64,000 nucleotides of DNA from positions 1 through 64,000 of the IMG/VR virus record IMGVR_UViG_3300037245_000806, one strand, 5' to 3'. The DNA comes from a virus. The translations under genes and the position numbers were made by a program. The notes under the pieces are model-generated. The model did not search any database, was not told where the DNA came from, and was given only the letters and a program-made list of their open reading frames with translations. Of this stretch, positions 1-9,186 are shown piece by piece. The stretch's first letter is position 1, and each line of letters opens with the position of its first letter.

Positions 1-69
1 CATATCAACCAAAGGGTGCTCACCCTCCTTCGGTATCTTCCCGAACTTGGCTTCATCAACGGGATGCAT
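1..69 (-). CDS. hypothetical protein, 5' part only (runs off window)
   Basis: ATG at 69 with GGAGGA RBS; open to position 1 (MHPVDEAKFGK...). Confidence 0.5.
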   Translation of the reverse strand, partial: MHPVDEAKFGKIPKEGEHPLVDM

Positions 70-544
70 TAACTTCCTCCTGCTCGATAAGAAGTCCTGT
101 GCGTTTCGCGAAGTCCCAGACAATCCCCAGCATGTCAGCCGCGTCCTTCGGTGACTCCCATTCCAGCGCGAACCGTAGCGCTGCAACCGGATGCAGATTG
201 AGCAACAGCATTTCTGCGTACCCCGCCAGCCGCTCCGTTGTGAACTCGGGCTGGACCATCAGCGTGGGCACGAGTATCTTCAGCGCGTCCTGAACCTCCA
301 AGAATGGGATGTCCAGCTTCGAGCAATGCCGCTCAATTCGATCCTGAAAGATGTCCGGGTTGAAAAGCTCGACCTTCCCATCCTTGTGCCTCACTTTTGT
401 CTTACCCGGAACCACCCTCTCGTAGGTAGTCCAGCGATGTTTGCACAGGTGACACTCCCTCCTGCGCCGATACGTCACCCCACCTTCAGCCGGGCGACCA
501 TCGACCACACCGCTATCGTCCTTGCGACAAAGTGGGCATATCAT
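56..544 (-). CDS. nrdR: NrdR-like transcriptional regulator (Zn ribbon plus ATP-cone)
   Basis: MICPLC..SGVVDGR..YRRRRECHLCKHRWTTYER, then KDG..F ATP-cone start and C-terminal VAALRFA (NrdR has VAYVRFA). Confidence 0.85.
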   Translation of the reverse strand: MICPLCRKDDSGVVDGRPAEGGVTYRRRRECHLCKHRWTTYERVVPGKTKVRHKDGKVELFNPDIFQDRIERHCSKLDIPFLEVQDALKILVPTLMVQPEFTTERLAGYAEMLLLNLHPVAALRFALEWESPKDAADMLGIVWDFAKRTGLLIEQEEVNASR

Positions 545-552
545 GGTTCACC

Positions 553-807
553 TCAGACAAGCTCGGCCTTGTCACAAATGATCTTACCGGGCTCGTAAAT
601 CCACGCGCCCCGGAGTATGTGTGCCTCCAACACAGCGCCAATCCGATACGCGCGAACATCGCGCTTGTAGTCAGCAACCGGTGGAGTGGCAACACCCACC
701 GGGGGTCGCTTCAACTCGCCCAGCACTGACAGGGGGAACATGAACGTCCTGTATGTGCTCCCCCACTTGACCTCGACGGGCCACATCGTTTCTTCCTGCT
801 CAGGCAT
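553..807 (-). CDS. hypothetical protein
   Basis: 84-aa ORF, GGAGG RBS, tight packing. Confidence 0.65.
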   Translation of the reverse strand: MPEQEETMWPVEVKWGSTYRTFMFPLSVLGELKRPPVGVATPPVADYKRDVRAYRIGAVLEAHILRGAWIYEPGKIICDKAELV

Positions 808-821
808 AGCACCCTCCTGCG

Positions 822-834
822 TGACACAGTGTTA
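822..834. promoter_or_regulatory. palindromic operator-like site 1 (TGACACAGTGTTA)
   Basis: overlaps stop of 832..1998, directly before RBS of next gene. Confidence 0.75.
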
Positions 835-1998
835 CGAATTCTGGAAAATCCGGTACAGTTCGCACCGGCTACACGTGCAGCCGTTCGCAGCTGCTTCAGC
901 CATCGTCTGGCCCTTGTCATGCATCCACTGACCTGACTTCAATCCGGGCAGGACAGCCGCGAGCTTCCCAACCCGTGGCGGCACCGCCTTGAGCGCGGAG
1001 TCAATACTCTCCACGATGATCTGTGCGGTGACCGGGGGCAGGGCCTCACGAACGTAGCCCTTCGCCTGCACCAACACGTCAGCCAATATGCCCTGCGAGG
1101 CAAGCGCCTCCCGGTACGGTCCTGTCTCCTCCACGCAGATGCACGGGCGACGACCTGTTCGCTCCTCGACCCACCCGTCACCATCGCACTCGTCGCAGAC
1201 CTTACCGCCAAGCTCGACAAGCTCGTCCTCTAATGCCTTGACCTTCTCGCGTGCCTCGTGGAGTTGATTCGATGCTTCCACCATTCGCGTGTGCGTGTGC
1301 CCACGCTTCTCTTCGGCGTCTTCGTACTTCGCAGTGATCCGGCCCATCTCGATCTGGAACTCAGCCTTCACCTTCGCCCAGAAGTCGCGAATGTACTGCG
1401 CAACGAAAACCTTCTCCTCGTCGCCGATGGTCTCAGCCTTGCACACCACATCCTCGATGAAGTCCTCGGCGTCCTTGTCAGTGTCCAGCGCATGCATATG
1501 CGCCGCGTTCAGCATGAACGACAGATGCCCCTGACCCGCCAAGTGCATCTGTAGCACCACGCCACCGAGAAGCGACTTGGCAGTCTGCAACTCCACCCCG
1601 CATGCTTCGATCTCTGTATGCAGCGAATCGTTCGTGCGCTCGCGCCGGTCCAGAGCAACACGAAGAAGCCGCATCTCCCGCCGAAAATCCATCACGTTAT
1701 CAGGCGTCCCCGCGAGGCTCCGCAGGAATACCCACGGGTCGTAGCACTCCTGAAACTGCGGGTCATCCCACTCAGGCACTTCACCGCCGGTACCTTCTAG
1801 GAATTCCGAGTCGAGCTTGGCGAGTTCCGCGAGGAGCTTGAACCAATCCTTCGGATGGACGCGCGCTTCGATCTGTTGGTGTGCCCGCGCGAGTACACCC
1901 TCGATGGTCAGCTGCACGACCGTGCCATCTTTCCGGGGGATGACTACAAAGCCCCCGTCCCACTTCGCGTTTCCAAAATCCAGTTCTCTCTCGGGCAT
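832..1998 (-). CDS. hypothetical coiled-coil protein with Cys motifs
   Basis: ATG 1998 with AAGGA RBS; heptad region; CDECDGDG...CIC and CTCSRC. Confidence 0.7.
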   Translation of the reverse strand: MPERELDFGNAKWDGGFVVIPRKDGTVVQLTIEGVLARAHQQIEARVHPKDWFKLLAELAKLDSEFLEGTGGEVPEWDDPQFQECYDPWVFLRSLAGTPDNVMDFRREMRLLRVALDRRERTNDSLHTEIEACGVELQTAKSLLGGVVLQMHLAGQGHLSFMLNAAHMHALDTDKDAEDFIEDVVCKAETIGDEEKVFVAQYIRDFWAKVKAEFQIEMGRITAKYEDAEEKRGHTHTRMVEASNQLHEAREKVKALEDELVELGGKVCDECDGDGWVEERTGRRPCICVEETGPYREALASQGILADVLVQAKGYVREALPPVTAQIIVESIDSALKAVPPRVGKLAAVLPGLKSGQWMHDKGQTMAEAAANGCTCSRCELYRIFQNS

Positions 1999-2104
1999 CG
2001 AATTTTTCCTTTCGTGACTCTGTGTCACGGATTCTTCGTTACGCTTCTCAGGCAACCTTGCATCGAGGCCGTTCTCCTCGGATTAGACTCTAAAAGGTGT
2101 GCGT

Positions 2105-2188
2105 GACAGGCGGCTGCCGTTTGCCGCCTGTCGTAGAACCTTTTTGTATCAATTGAATACATAGATATTACATGTAATGCATATGTAT
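2105..2188. other. GC hairpin plus AT-rich imperfect palindrome in intergenic gap
   Basis: GACAGGCGGC/GCCGCCTGTC stem 2105-2132; ATACATA-GAT-ATTACATGTAAT-GCA-TATGTAT 2157-2188. Confidence 0.55.
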
Positions 2189-2304
2189 ACAGATGATCCA
2201 TTGACCCATGGGCCAAAAGCAAGAAGTGTGCCAGTGTACCCACGGGACATAACCTCCTGAGCGTGGCGGGGTAGCAACATACTCCCCCAAAGAGTTCACG
2301 CGCG

Positions 2305-2317
2305 TAACACAGTGTTA
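2305..2317. promoter_or_regulatory. palindromic operator-like site 2 (TAACACAGTGTTA)
   Basis: overlaps stop of 2315..2989. Confidence 0.75.
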
Positions 2318-2989
2318 AAAAGAAGCAGGAATTGCAAGTGTGTACAATTGCTGCTGAATCTCATAGACGTTACCGACGTAATCTGTCACGCAGCTTTTAC
2401 GTTTGTCGCCTTTGATTGCCAAGCGGACCTCCGCATTCATCAGCGGTGTTGCCGCTTCAGTCGCCGCTTCCAGTATGGAGCACACTTCCCGTACTCGCCA
2501 GAAACGTCCCGTCTTTGACTTGGCCTTCTTGCCGCGTCGATGATTGCACGAGACGTAGAGCTTCTGAGGACTCACTGCGACTTGGACATTCGCCAGTTCA
2601 GTGTGGGTGTGTACAAACTTGAAGTTTAGCTCCTTGATTGCCTCGACCAGCGAATCAGTCGCTTCATCGACGTCCATGTACTTTGGCCTGTGCGTGAGGC
2701 CAGCGCTCTGCATGCTCGTGCGCCAATCTGTCAACTCGTCTTTGACGCCACGTAGTTCTGACTCGACCACAGTCCACCATTCGCTCATGCTGCGCGTATA
2801 GTGGTCCTTCAGTTCAGCTATGTATTGGGCCTTTGTCGGAAGAAGCTTCAGAATCCGATACCGTCGCGCCCGACCTTTCTCGCGTTCCGCCTCCTCGACA
2901 TACCCCAGAGTCTCCAAATCTTCGCCCGCACCTTTGTGGTACATGTTTGCGAGCTTCTGAACGCCGATGATGCCGATGCGCAGTATCAT
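2315..2989 (-). CDS. hypothetical protein
   Basis: 224-aa helical ORF abutting the RecQ stop. Confidence 0.7.
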   Translation of the reverse strand: MILRIGIIGVQKLANMYHKGAGEDLETLGYVEEAEREKGRARRYRILKLLPTKAQYIAELKDHYTRSMSEWWTVVESELRGVKDELTDWRTSMQSAGLTHRPKYMDVDEATDSLVEAIKELNFKFVHTHTELANVQVAVSPQKLYVSCNHRRGKKAKSKTGRFWRVREVCSILEAATEAATPLMNAEVRLAIKGDKRKSCVTDYVGNVYEIQQQLYTLAIPASF

Positions 2990-4726
2990 TCAAAACCCCT
3001 TCTGGAAATAATCGCGGATGCACTGAGCGCGGTCCTTTGCGTGGACATACGCGCACATCTGCGCGAAGCGCTTCAACTCGCGTGCGCGTTTTGCTTCGAT
3101 TTCCTCGCGGGGCAGGAAGTCCTCAAGCTTTGCGAGCCACTGCTTGACGCGCGTAGTCTTCCCTCGGAATTGCCTCTCAACCCTAATGATGCCCTTCTTG
3201 TTCAGCACGCTGAGCGCCCGTGAGAAGGCCAGCTTACTCATGCCAAGCTTGGACGCCATCGAAGCCCGGTCAATGTGAAGCTCGCAGCATTTCTGCAACT
3301 GGCCCGTCGCTAGGTCAGCAAGCTCAGCCGCGACCTTGGTGACCACCTTGCCGGTCGCGTCCCCGAGTTGCTCCTTGTCCACGAGCAACGTCGCGCCTGA
3401 GCCTGCGTATGCGCGCACGACAAGATCGTTCTTCTCCATCATGTTGAGCACCGTGCGCACAACGCCTGACTCAATGCAGTGCCCGGCGCTCTTCAGTATG
3501 GCGGATATTGCAGCACAGGACAGCGAGAGTTGTTCTCTCGGGCCTGTAACCGCGAGATGGAGGTATTCCCATATGCACTCGAATGCCTCATAGGGAGGAT
3601 TGGCCTCTTCGAGGAACGCCTGTTGAAGCGTGTAGCTATAGTCACTGTTGAGAAGTATGGCCCGTGAGTTCTTGCCGTCACGCCCGGCCCGGCCTGACTC
3701 CTGCACGTAAGCTTCGAGCGAGCCGGGGATGCCGAAGTGTACAACCTCGCGAATGTTCGGCACGTCAATCCCCATGCCGAAGGCGCACGTGGCGACGATG
3801 ACCGGAAGCTTGCCGTCCTTGAACGCGTTCTGAACCTTCTCGCGCTCTTCCTTGCGCATCCCGCCGTGATAGAAGCCGACGCACCCCGGATACAGCTGGC
3901 GCTCCACGATCTCAGCGATCTTCTGTGATGCCGCCCGCGTCCCGACGTACACGATGTACCGCCCATGCGCCGTGTCGAAAGCACGAGCGATACGGTTTAT
4001 CGCGGACCACTCATTGGTATGGCAGACCTCATACTTGATGTTCGGCCTGACCGGGTCACCGACGAAGCGCACGTAATCGTCACGCATCCCAATGGACTCA
4101 GCGATGTCATCCTCGATGTCAGCCGTCGCAGTAGCCGTCACCGCAATGACCTGAGGACGCTCGTCTTCCCCGTGTGCTTCGCCGATAGCGTCGAGAATCA
4201 GCTTGATGCGCGAGTACATCGGTCGGAAGTCGTGGCCCCACATGGACGCGCAGTGCGCCTCGTCAACGACCAGATAGCTGATATGCGCGCTCCTGATCGT
4301 CGCAAGGAACTCCTTGGACCTGAGCCGTTCCGGCGCGACGTACAGGAGCTTGTACGAGCCGCCAATGAAGTCGTCTAGGCGCTCGGTTCGTTCGTCTTCA
4401 TCCACGTGGCTGTTGACATAGGTCGCCGGGATGCCGCGAGCATTGCAGTCGTCCACCTGATCCTTCATCAGCGCGATGAGGGGCGATATAACGAGCGTGC
4501 TGCCTTCGGCAATCATTGCAGGTATTTGGAAGCATACACTCTTGCCGTATCCGGTCGGAAGGACAGCAAGCACGTCTTTGCCGCTGAAGATGTCACGTAG
4601 CACGCGGGCTTGGTCCGCACGGAAGTCGTCAAACCCCCAGCGATCCTTGAGCACCCCGCGAGCGGCTTCCATGATTTCGTCCATGGACCTGTTGAGGTCT
4701 GCGGCGATTTCGCTTGTACTAGGCAT
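2990..4726 (-). CDS. recQ: RecQ-family ATP-dependent DNA helicase
   Basis: LPTGYGKS, SPLIALMKDQV, VDEAHCASMWGHDFRP, TATAT, YHGGM, ATCAFGMGID, YVQESGRAGRDG; start set at ATG 4726 (GGAGA RBS). Confidence 0.95.
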   Translation of the reverse strand: MPSTSEIAADLNRSMDEIMEAARGVLKDRWGFDDFRADQARVLRDIFSGKDVLAVLPTGYGKSVCFQIPAMIAEGSTLVISPLIALMKDQVDDCNARGIPATYVNSHVDEDERTERLDDFIGGSYKLLYVAPERLRSKEFLATIRSAHISYLVVDEAHCASMWGHDFRPMYSRIKLILDAIGEAHGEDERPQVIAVTATATADIEDDIAESIGMRDDYVRFVGDPVRPNIKYEVCHTNEWSAINRIARAFDTAHGRYIVYVGTRAASQKIAEIVERQLYPGCVGFYHGGMRKEEREKVQNAFKDGKLPVIVATCAFGMGIDVPNIREVVHFGIPGSLEAYVQESGRAGRDGKNSRAILLNSDYSYTLQQAFLEEANPPYEAFECIWEYLHLAVTGPREQLSLSCAAISAILKSAGHCIESGVVRTVLNMMEKNDLVVRAYAGSGATLLVDKEQLGDATGKVVTKVAAELADLATGQLQKCCELHIDRASMASKLGMSKLAFSRALSVLNKKGIIRVERQFRGKTTRVKQWLAKLEDFLPREEIEAKRARELKRFAQMCAYVHAKDRAQCIRDYFQKGF

Positions 4727-4798
4727 ACCACTCTCCGTTTCTAAATTCGGGTGCCGAGCGCGCCATCCGCGCTGCCGTTTCCCGTGTTCGACCGTGCG

Positions 4799-4827
4799 CT
4801 TGTACAGTGCTGCATGTACGCCGTCAA
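4799..4827 (-). promoter_or_regulatory. possible sigma70 promoter for recQ
   Basis: TTGACG-17-TACAAG with upstream A-tract; weak -10. Confidence 0.35.
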
Positions 4828-4871
4828 GTCTTTTTTCCGTACAGGGCGATAAATCTTTCTGGGGGTTTTGG

Positions 4872-4884
4872 TAACACAGTGTCA
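4872..4884. promoter_or_regulatory. palindromic operator-like site 3 (TAACACAGTGTCA)
   Basis: overlaps stop of 4882..5079. Confidence 0.75.
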
Positions 4885-5079
4885 AGCCGCCCGCGAAGCA
4901 AGATAGAGCACGCAGTCCCACATCATCTGGTGGAACTTGGCCCGTGTCACTTCGTACACCTTCGGGCGATCTTGAATGGTAAAGGATACGTGGGTCTTCG
5001 TGATCGTCTCGATCTTGACATGAAGACCACCGCTATATGTCATGTACACGTCGCCCTCTTTGACGATGTAGCTATCCAT
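4882..5079 (-). CDS. small hypothetical protein
   Basis: TGATG coupling to the upstream gene, GGAGG RBS. Confidence 0.6.
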   Translation of the reverse strand: MDSYIVKEGDVYMTYSGGLHVKIETITKTHVSFTIQDRPKVYEVTRAKFHQMMWDCVLYLASRAA

Positions 5080-5234
5080 CAGCGCTTCCTCCTCCACGGC
5101 AACTGCGTCACGTAATACCACAGCACCTTCCACCAACGGTCATAGACATGGATTGCCCGGTATGAGGCGAAGCCACACTTCGGGCAGTCATACCCTCTAA
5201 GGAATAGGCGTTCACAGTGCGCACAAACTCGCAT
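5079..5234 (-). CDS. small Zn-finger protein
   Basis: CAHC..CPKCG; GGAGG RBS. Confidence 0.55.
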   Translation of the reverse strand: MRVCAHCERLFLRGYDCPKCGFASYRAIHVYDRWWKVLWYYVTQLPWRRKR

Positions 5235-5235
5235 C

Positions 5236-5454
5236 TCAGCCCTCCTTGAAGCTCCCGCACCATACGTGGAGGATATCGAGCCCCCCTTGATAGTCAATCC
5301 TAGTTGTCATCTTGGGCTCGAAGGTACGGTTCAGGGGATGTTCACCGTTCTCTTTGCGGCGTAGTTTGCACGTGTCGGCATGCACGCAGGTGGGCTTGTT
5401 CAACGTGCATGGCCCCACCATCGAGACCACCGGCCACTTCTCCTTCTTCGCCAT
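5236..5454 (-). CDS. small Cys-rich protein (probable paralogue of 5921..6190)
   Basis: MAKKEKW start; C..C.H...CK...CGSF. Confidence 0.6.
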   Translation of the reverse strand: MAKKEKWPVVSMVGPCTLNKPTCVHADTCKLRRKENGEHPLNRTFEPKMTTRIDYQGGLDILHVWCGSFKEG

Positions 5455-5496
5455 CTCAGGCCCCTCGCAGCTTGTCTCAAAGCCCTTACTTGAGCG

Positions 5497-5538
5497 AACA
5501 GACAAGTCGGGGCCGACACGCAAGTGCCGACCCCGACT
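5497..5538 (-). terminator. hairpin / probable intrinsic terminator after the HTH gene
   Basis: AGTCGGGGTCGGCAC-TTGC-GTGTCGGCCCCGACT then TGTCTGTT. Confidence 0.55.
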
Positions 5539-5555
5539 CACTTCGACGGGCCGAG

Positions 5556-5813
5556 CTAGGCAGCCTTCTTGGCCTTCTTGGGCATCGCGGACGGCATGCC
5601 GTCGTAGCCTTCGAGGAACCACGCCGGGCTCACCTTCATCTTCTTGGCGAGCGTTTCGAGGTCGGCGAGGAGAATGGCGGTCTCGCCCCGGAGCTTCTTG
5701 CTCACGGTCTGCTGCGAGATGCTCATCATCTTGGCGACCTTCGCCTGCGTGCCACCCTTCGACATGATCCGCATGCCGATGTTCGTGTACCGTCCGACTT
5801 TCCTGTCAGCCAT
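5556..5813 (-). CDS. XRE/Cro-family helix-turn-helix regulator
   Basis: TQAKVAKMMSISQQTVSKKLRGE...LETLAKKMKVSPAWFL; GGTGGAG RBS. Confidence 0.85.
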   Translation of the reverse strand: MADRKVGRYTNIGMRIMSKGGTQAKVAKMMSISQQTVSKKLRGETAILLADLETLAKKMKVSPAWFLEGYDGMPSAMPKKAKKAA

Positions 5814-5887
5814 GAGTCTCCACCTCTCTCCTGCGCGACGGGTAAGCCCCACTCACTCGGCGGGGCGGTTTACGCCTGACACACCAA

Positions 5888-5916
5888 GTGATAACGCACC
5901 TGACCTGACCTGTCAA
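5888..5916 (-). promoter_or_regulatory. sigma70-like promoter for the HTH gene
   Basis: TTGACA-17-TATCAC; spacer holds GGTCA GGTCA GGT repeats; upstream A8 tract. Confidence 0.55.
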
Positions 5917-5920
5917 GACC

Positions 5921-6190
5921 TTATTTCGCTTGACGCGTCTTTTTTTTATTCTGATTTCGACCCGGCCCGGTCCTGAATTTGCCGGTCCCGTAGCTTCGAC
6001 ACCGTATCGTGCATGCCCCGCTCTCTTCAATCTCCACCAGAAGCTGGGGGAGTCGCCGCGACTGTGGGCCGTTGTGTCGGTACGACTGCGACAGCACTTT
6101 GCATCGCTGCTTGTGCAAGCAGCCCATGCCGTCACAGTACCCGAGGTCGTGGGTGTTCCCCACCATACGAACAGCTTTCGTGTCGGCCAT
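5921..6190 (-). CDS. small Cys-rich protein
   Basis: TGATG coupling; C....C.H...CK...CRSY. Confidence 0.6.
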   Translation of the reverse strand: MADTKAVRMVGNTHDLGYCDGMGCLHKQRCKVLSQSYRHNGPQSRRLPQLLVEIEESGACTIRCRSYGTGKFRTGPGRNQNKKKTRQAK

Positions 6191-9186
6191 CAGTCCTCCC
6201 AATCCTCTATCTCATCAGGAACCTTGGCGAAGTCGCCCTCCTCTTCCGGCGGCATCACGTCCACGCTCTTCGGAAACCGGAAGCTCGTAGGCAGCGCCTC
6301 ATCCTTGTGGAGCTTCAGCGGATGCTTGAGCCCCTTGGCCGTCTTCTTGACCCACGCGATGGACTTCCCGCCGAGCTTCAAGCCCTGCTCGACGATAGCG
6401 CAGAGTGGCTCGTCAAGCTCACGCATGTTCGGTCGGTGGAGCTTGTGCTTATCCTGCTGCTCCTTCAGATGGTCTTCCCACAGGGTCTCATCCTTGAGGT
6501 CTTCACGATACTTGGCGTGCTCAGCTTCGATTATCGCCTTGTGGACCACGTCTTCAGCCGCCGACTGTGCTTGGTCAACAATGACTTGGAGCTTCTTGCG
6601 CCGTATCGTCAGCGCGTCGTAGGCAGCCTCTTCCTTCACCAGCGTTTTGATATTCTCAGGCCATGACCGCAGGAGGCGCGTATGCTCGTCCGCGTACTGA
6701 TGATAGCGCGGTCGCTTCTCCTTGGTGAAGTCCCACGGAGCCCGAGTCACGGTACAGTCAATCTCGCTGTTGCAGGACATGCGGAAACGAAGCACGCCCG
6801 ACTTCCGCGACCATAGAATCTCCACGTACCTAATCGGAGCATTCTGCCGGTCAGCGGTCAGGATGCACTTGCCGGTCGTAATCACCGTCTTATGCGTCGT
6901 GAAATAGATCAACAGCTTATGCGACTCGGGTTGCCACGTTGCCGCGAGCTTGAGGAAGCGTAGATACTTCTTCCCCCGCAGTTCGGTGCGGTGTCCCCAC
7001 GTGTGGTTCCGAGTCGCGTCGGCTATCGCGTCCTCCTCAGCCGCCTCGAAGCCCCACACAACCGCCTGCTTGATCTCGGGGTCGCTGAGCACGTTCTCTC
7101 GCCGGAGCCCGATCTTGAGCTTCGGCCAGCGCTCCGTGGACCAGAGCACCTTCCAACGCTCGCTTCGCTTGTCGAGGAGTGACCACTCCCGGCAGACAAT
7201 CTCTTCAAGACTTCCGCTCCGCTTCGATAGCCGCCACACTTGCTCGCATACGAAGTCATTGTCCTTGTTCATGGGCGTGATGGTCACGTACCGCGTGCCC
7301 TTCTGGTGACCCACGTAGACACAGCCCTTGGCTGCCTTGCGAAGCGCCTTCACCACCGGGTCCACGAGGTCCGCTTGCTCCGCGAGGTCATTCGCGCGCA
7401 CACGTTCGAGCCGGAACTCATTGACGATCATCCTGATTGCCTTGGCGTCCTCAGACTTGAGCGCACGGTGCGTCTTGTTCTTGAACTTCCACCAGCGCAC
7501 GAGGTCGTCAACGCGCGCACGAGCCGCCGCAGCAGTAACGCCGTGGGCCTTGACGATCTCACCCGCGAGGAGCTTCTTGAACGGAACCTCTTCAGCTTCC
7601 TCCCTGTGCCGAAGCCGTCGAGCACACTTGAGGAGCGGGAACATGACAGTGTAGTTCGACCTGTCGAGTCGGTTGCTCAGATAGAAGTTGATGTCCGCTT
7701 CCGTCACAAGGTCGAAGTTGATAACGAAATCGTCGCCCTTGTGAATCCTGAAGGACGCCCGCTTGTCTGACGTATGGCCACTCCACCGGTCATACGCAAA
7801 GAGTATGACGCAAGACTCGTTCTCCTTGCGCTCAACCGTATAGAGTTCGTGGCTGTTCGGCATGCGGCCCCTCGGGTGCGAGCGGTATTCCATGTCCCTG
7901 TGCAGCGACGATAACGCATAGCTGCTGAACTCCCCAATGACGCGCATGCCAATTTCCATGCGGCTGTTGATGTCGTGCAGCCAATCGTGGAAGCGCGGTC
8001 GGCCATCCGATAGCACCATCTCCGCATCACGTAAGAAGCGGAGGTACTTCTCGTGCTGCTTCGGGTCACACAGGTTGATCGCAAGGTCGGGCAATGGCTT
8101 GAAGACCTTCGTCCGGTCGATGAGGCCCTGCATGAAGAGGAGGATGCGAAGGTAGTGCCGCTTTCTCTTATCCGCCTTCTTCATGGCGTCCATGTAACGA
8201 GACGTGCCGGGGTGCAGTGGCGTCTTCAACTGCTCGTGCGTATCCCAATCGCGGTCGAACGAGAAGAAGAAGTCCTGAAACTCTTCGTGCGTCGGGAAGA
8301 GGACATCGTCCACGGAGAGGTTTGTATTGACGCGATACAGGCGCTCGCCATTCCTGATGAGAAAGTATGTCTGCGTCACCGAGTCCGGGTCACCCCTGTT
8401 CTTCTTCTCCCCGCGAACATGGAACGCGACAACCCCTTTGATCTCAGGAAGCACCTGCTGAAGGTGCTTCGGTTGCTTCACCCACGCGTCGAACTCGTTG
8501 ACTTGATGCGTGTCGATACCGCCATCCTTCGCGGCAACCGCGCACTCTTCGTCCATGTTGAGGACAAGCTGGCGCACCACGATCTTCTCGTCCTTCGGCG
8601 CTGCCTTGCCGCCCCGTAGCTGCTTGATCTTCTCGTGACGCCCGAGATACAACTCGATGGTCCATATGGCTTCGGCTGCCATCTTGACCATCTTGTCCAG
8701 AGCATGGACCTTCGCTTCGAGCGCATGCTTCTGCTCACCCAAGAGAGCCGACAACTGCTCCTGCTTCGCGAGCATCTTCTTCTTGAACACCATCGCGCTG
8801 TTCCGGGCGAGCGCCACGGCCTTCCTTGCCTGCGCAGGTTCCAGAGACCCTTGCACCAAGTCACCGCCGGTCGTCGCGGCGAAGCCCTCCTGAGCAAGGG
8901 GCAGGAGCTTTGGAATCTCCGGGGACATTCCCTGAAGCTCCACCATGAGGTCCGCAAGCTCCTTCGCCCTCTCGTCACGCCCCTCGGGAGCGAACTCGTA
9001 GGCAGTCTCGAACCTGTCGTCTTCGTTGCCCTCTTCTTCCGTCCACATCGCACCATGGTCACCCCACACATAGTGGATGCCCTCTTCGTCAATCTCCGTG
9101 ATGAGGACGAGCCCGCCCTTGGGAACATCCCCACTGTAATCGGGTTCGCAGAGCGAACGCCAGTATTGTCCGGGTACGGGCTTCAT
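6190..9186 (-). CDS. large hypothetical protein (998 aa)
   Basis: long ORF, GAGGAGG RBS, N-proximal coiled coil; no catalytic motif recognised. Confidence 0.85.
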   Translation of the reverse strand: MKPVPGQYWRSLCEPDYSGDVPKGGLVLITEIDEEGIHYVWGDHGAMWTEEEGNEDDRFETAYEFAPEGRDERAKELADLMVELQGMSPEIPKLLPLAQEGFAATTGGDLVQGSLEPAQARKAVALARNSAMVFKKKMLAKQEQLSALLGEQKHALEAKVHALDKMVKMAAEAIWTIELYLGRHEKIKQLRGGKAAPKDEKIVVRQLVLNMDEECAVAAKDGGIDTHQVNEFDAWVKQPKHLQQVLPEIKGVVAFHVRGEKKNRGDPDSVTQTYFLIRNGERLYRVNTNLSVDDVLFPTHEEFQDFFFSFDRDWDTHEQLKTPLHPGTSRYMDAMKKADKRKRHYLRILLFMQGLIDRTKVFKPLPDLAINLCDPKQHEKYLRFLRDAEMVLSDGRPRFHDWLHDINSRMEIGMRVIGEFSSYALSSLHRDMEYRSHPRGRMPNSHELYTVERKENESCVILFAYDRWSGHTSDKRASFRIHKGDDFVINFDLVTEADINFYLSNRLDRSNYTVMFPLLKCARRLRHREEAEEVPFKKLLAGEIVKAHGVTAAAARARVDDLVRWWKFKNKTHRALKSEDAKAIRMIVNEFRLERVRANDLAEQADLVDPVVKALRKAAKGCVYVGHQKGTRYVTITPMNKDNDFVCEQVWRLSKRSGSLEEIVCREWSLLDKRSERWKVLWSTERWPKLKIGLRRENVLSDPEIKQAVVWGFEAAEEDAIADATRNHTWGHRTELRGKKYLRFLKLAATWQPESHKLLIYFTTHKTVITTGKCILTADRQNAPIRYVEILWSRKSGVLRFRMSCNSEIDCTVTRAPWDFTKEKRPRYHQYADEHTRLLRSWPENIKTLVKEEAAYDALTIRRKKLQVIVDQAQSAAEDVVHKAIIEAEHAKYREDLKDETLWEDHLKEQQDKHKLHRPNMRELDEPLCAIVEQGLKLGGKSIAWVKKTAKGLKHPLKLHKDEALPTSFRFPKSVDVMPPEEEGDFAKVPDEIEDWED

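Noticed and set aside
2025-2243. 72-aa minus-strand ORF across the AT-rich gap
   Set aside because: Atypical composition and runs through palindromes; more likely non-coding
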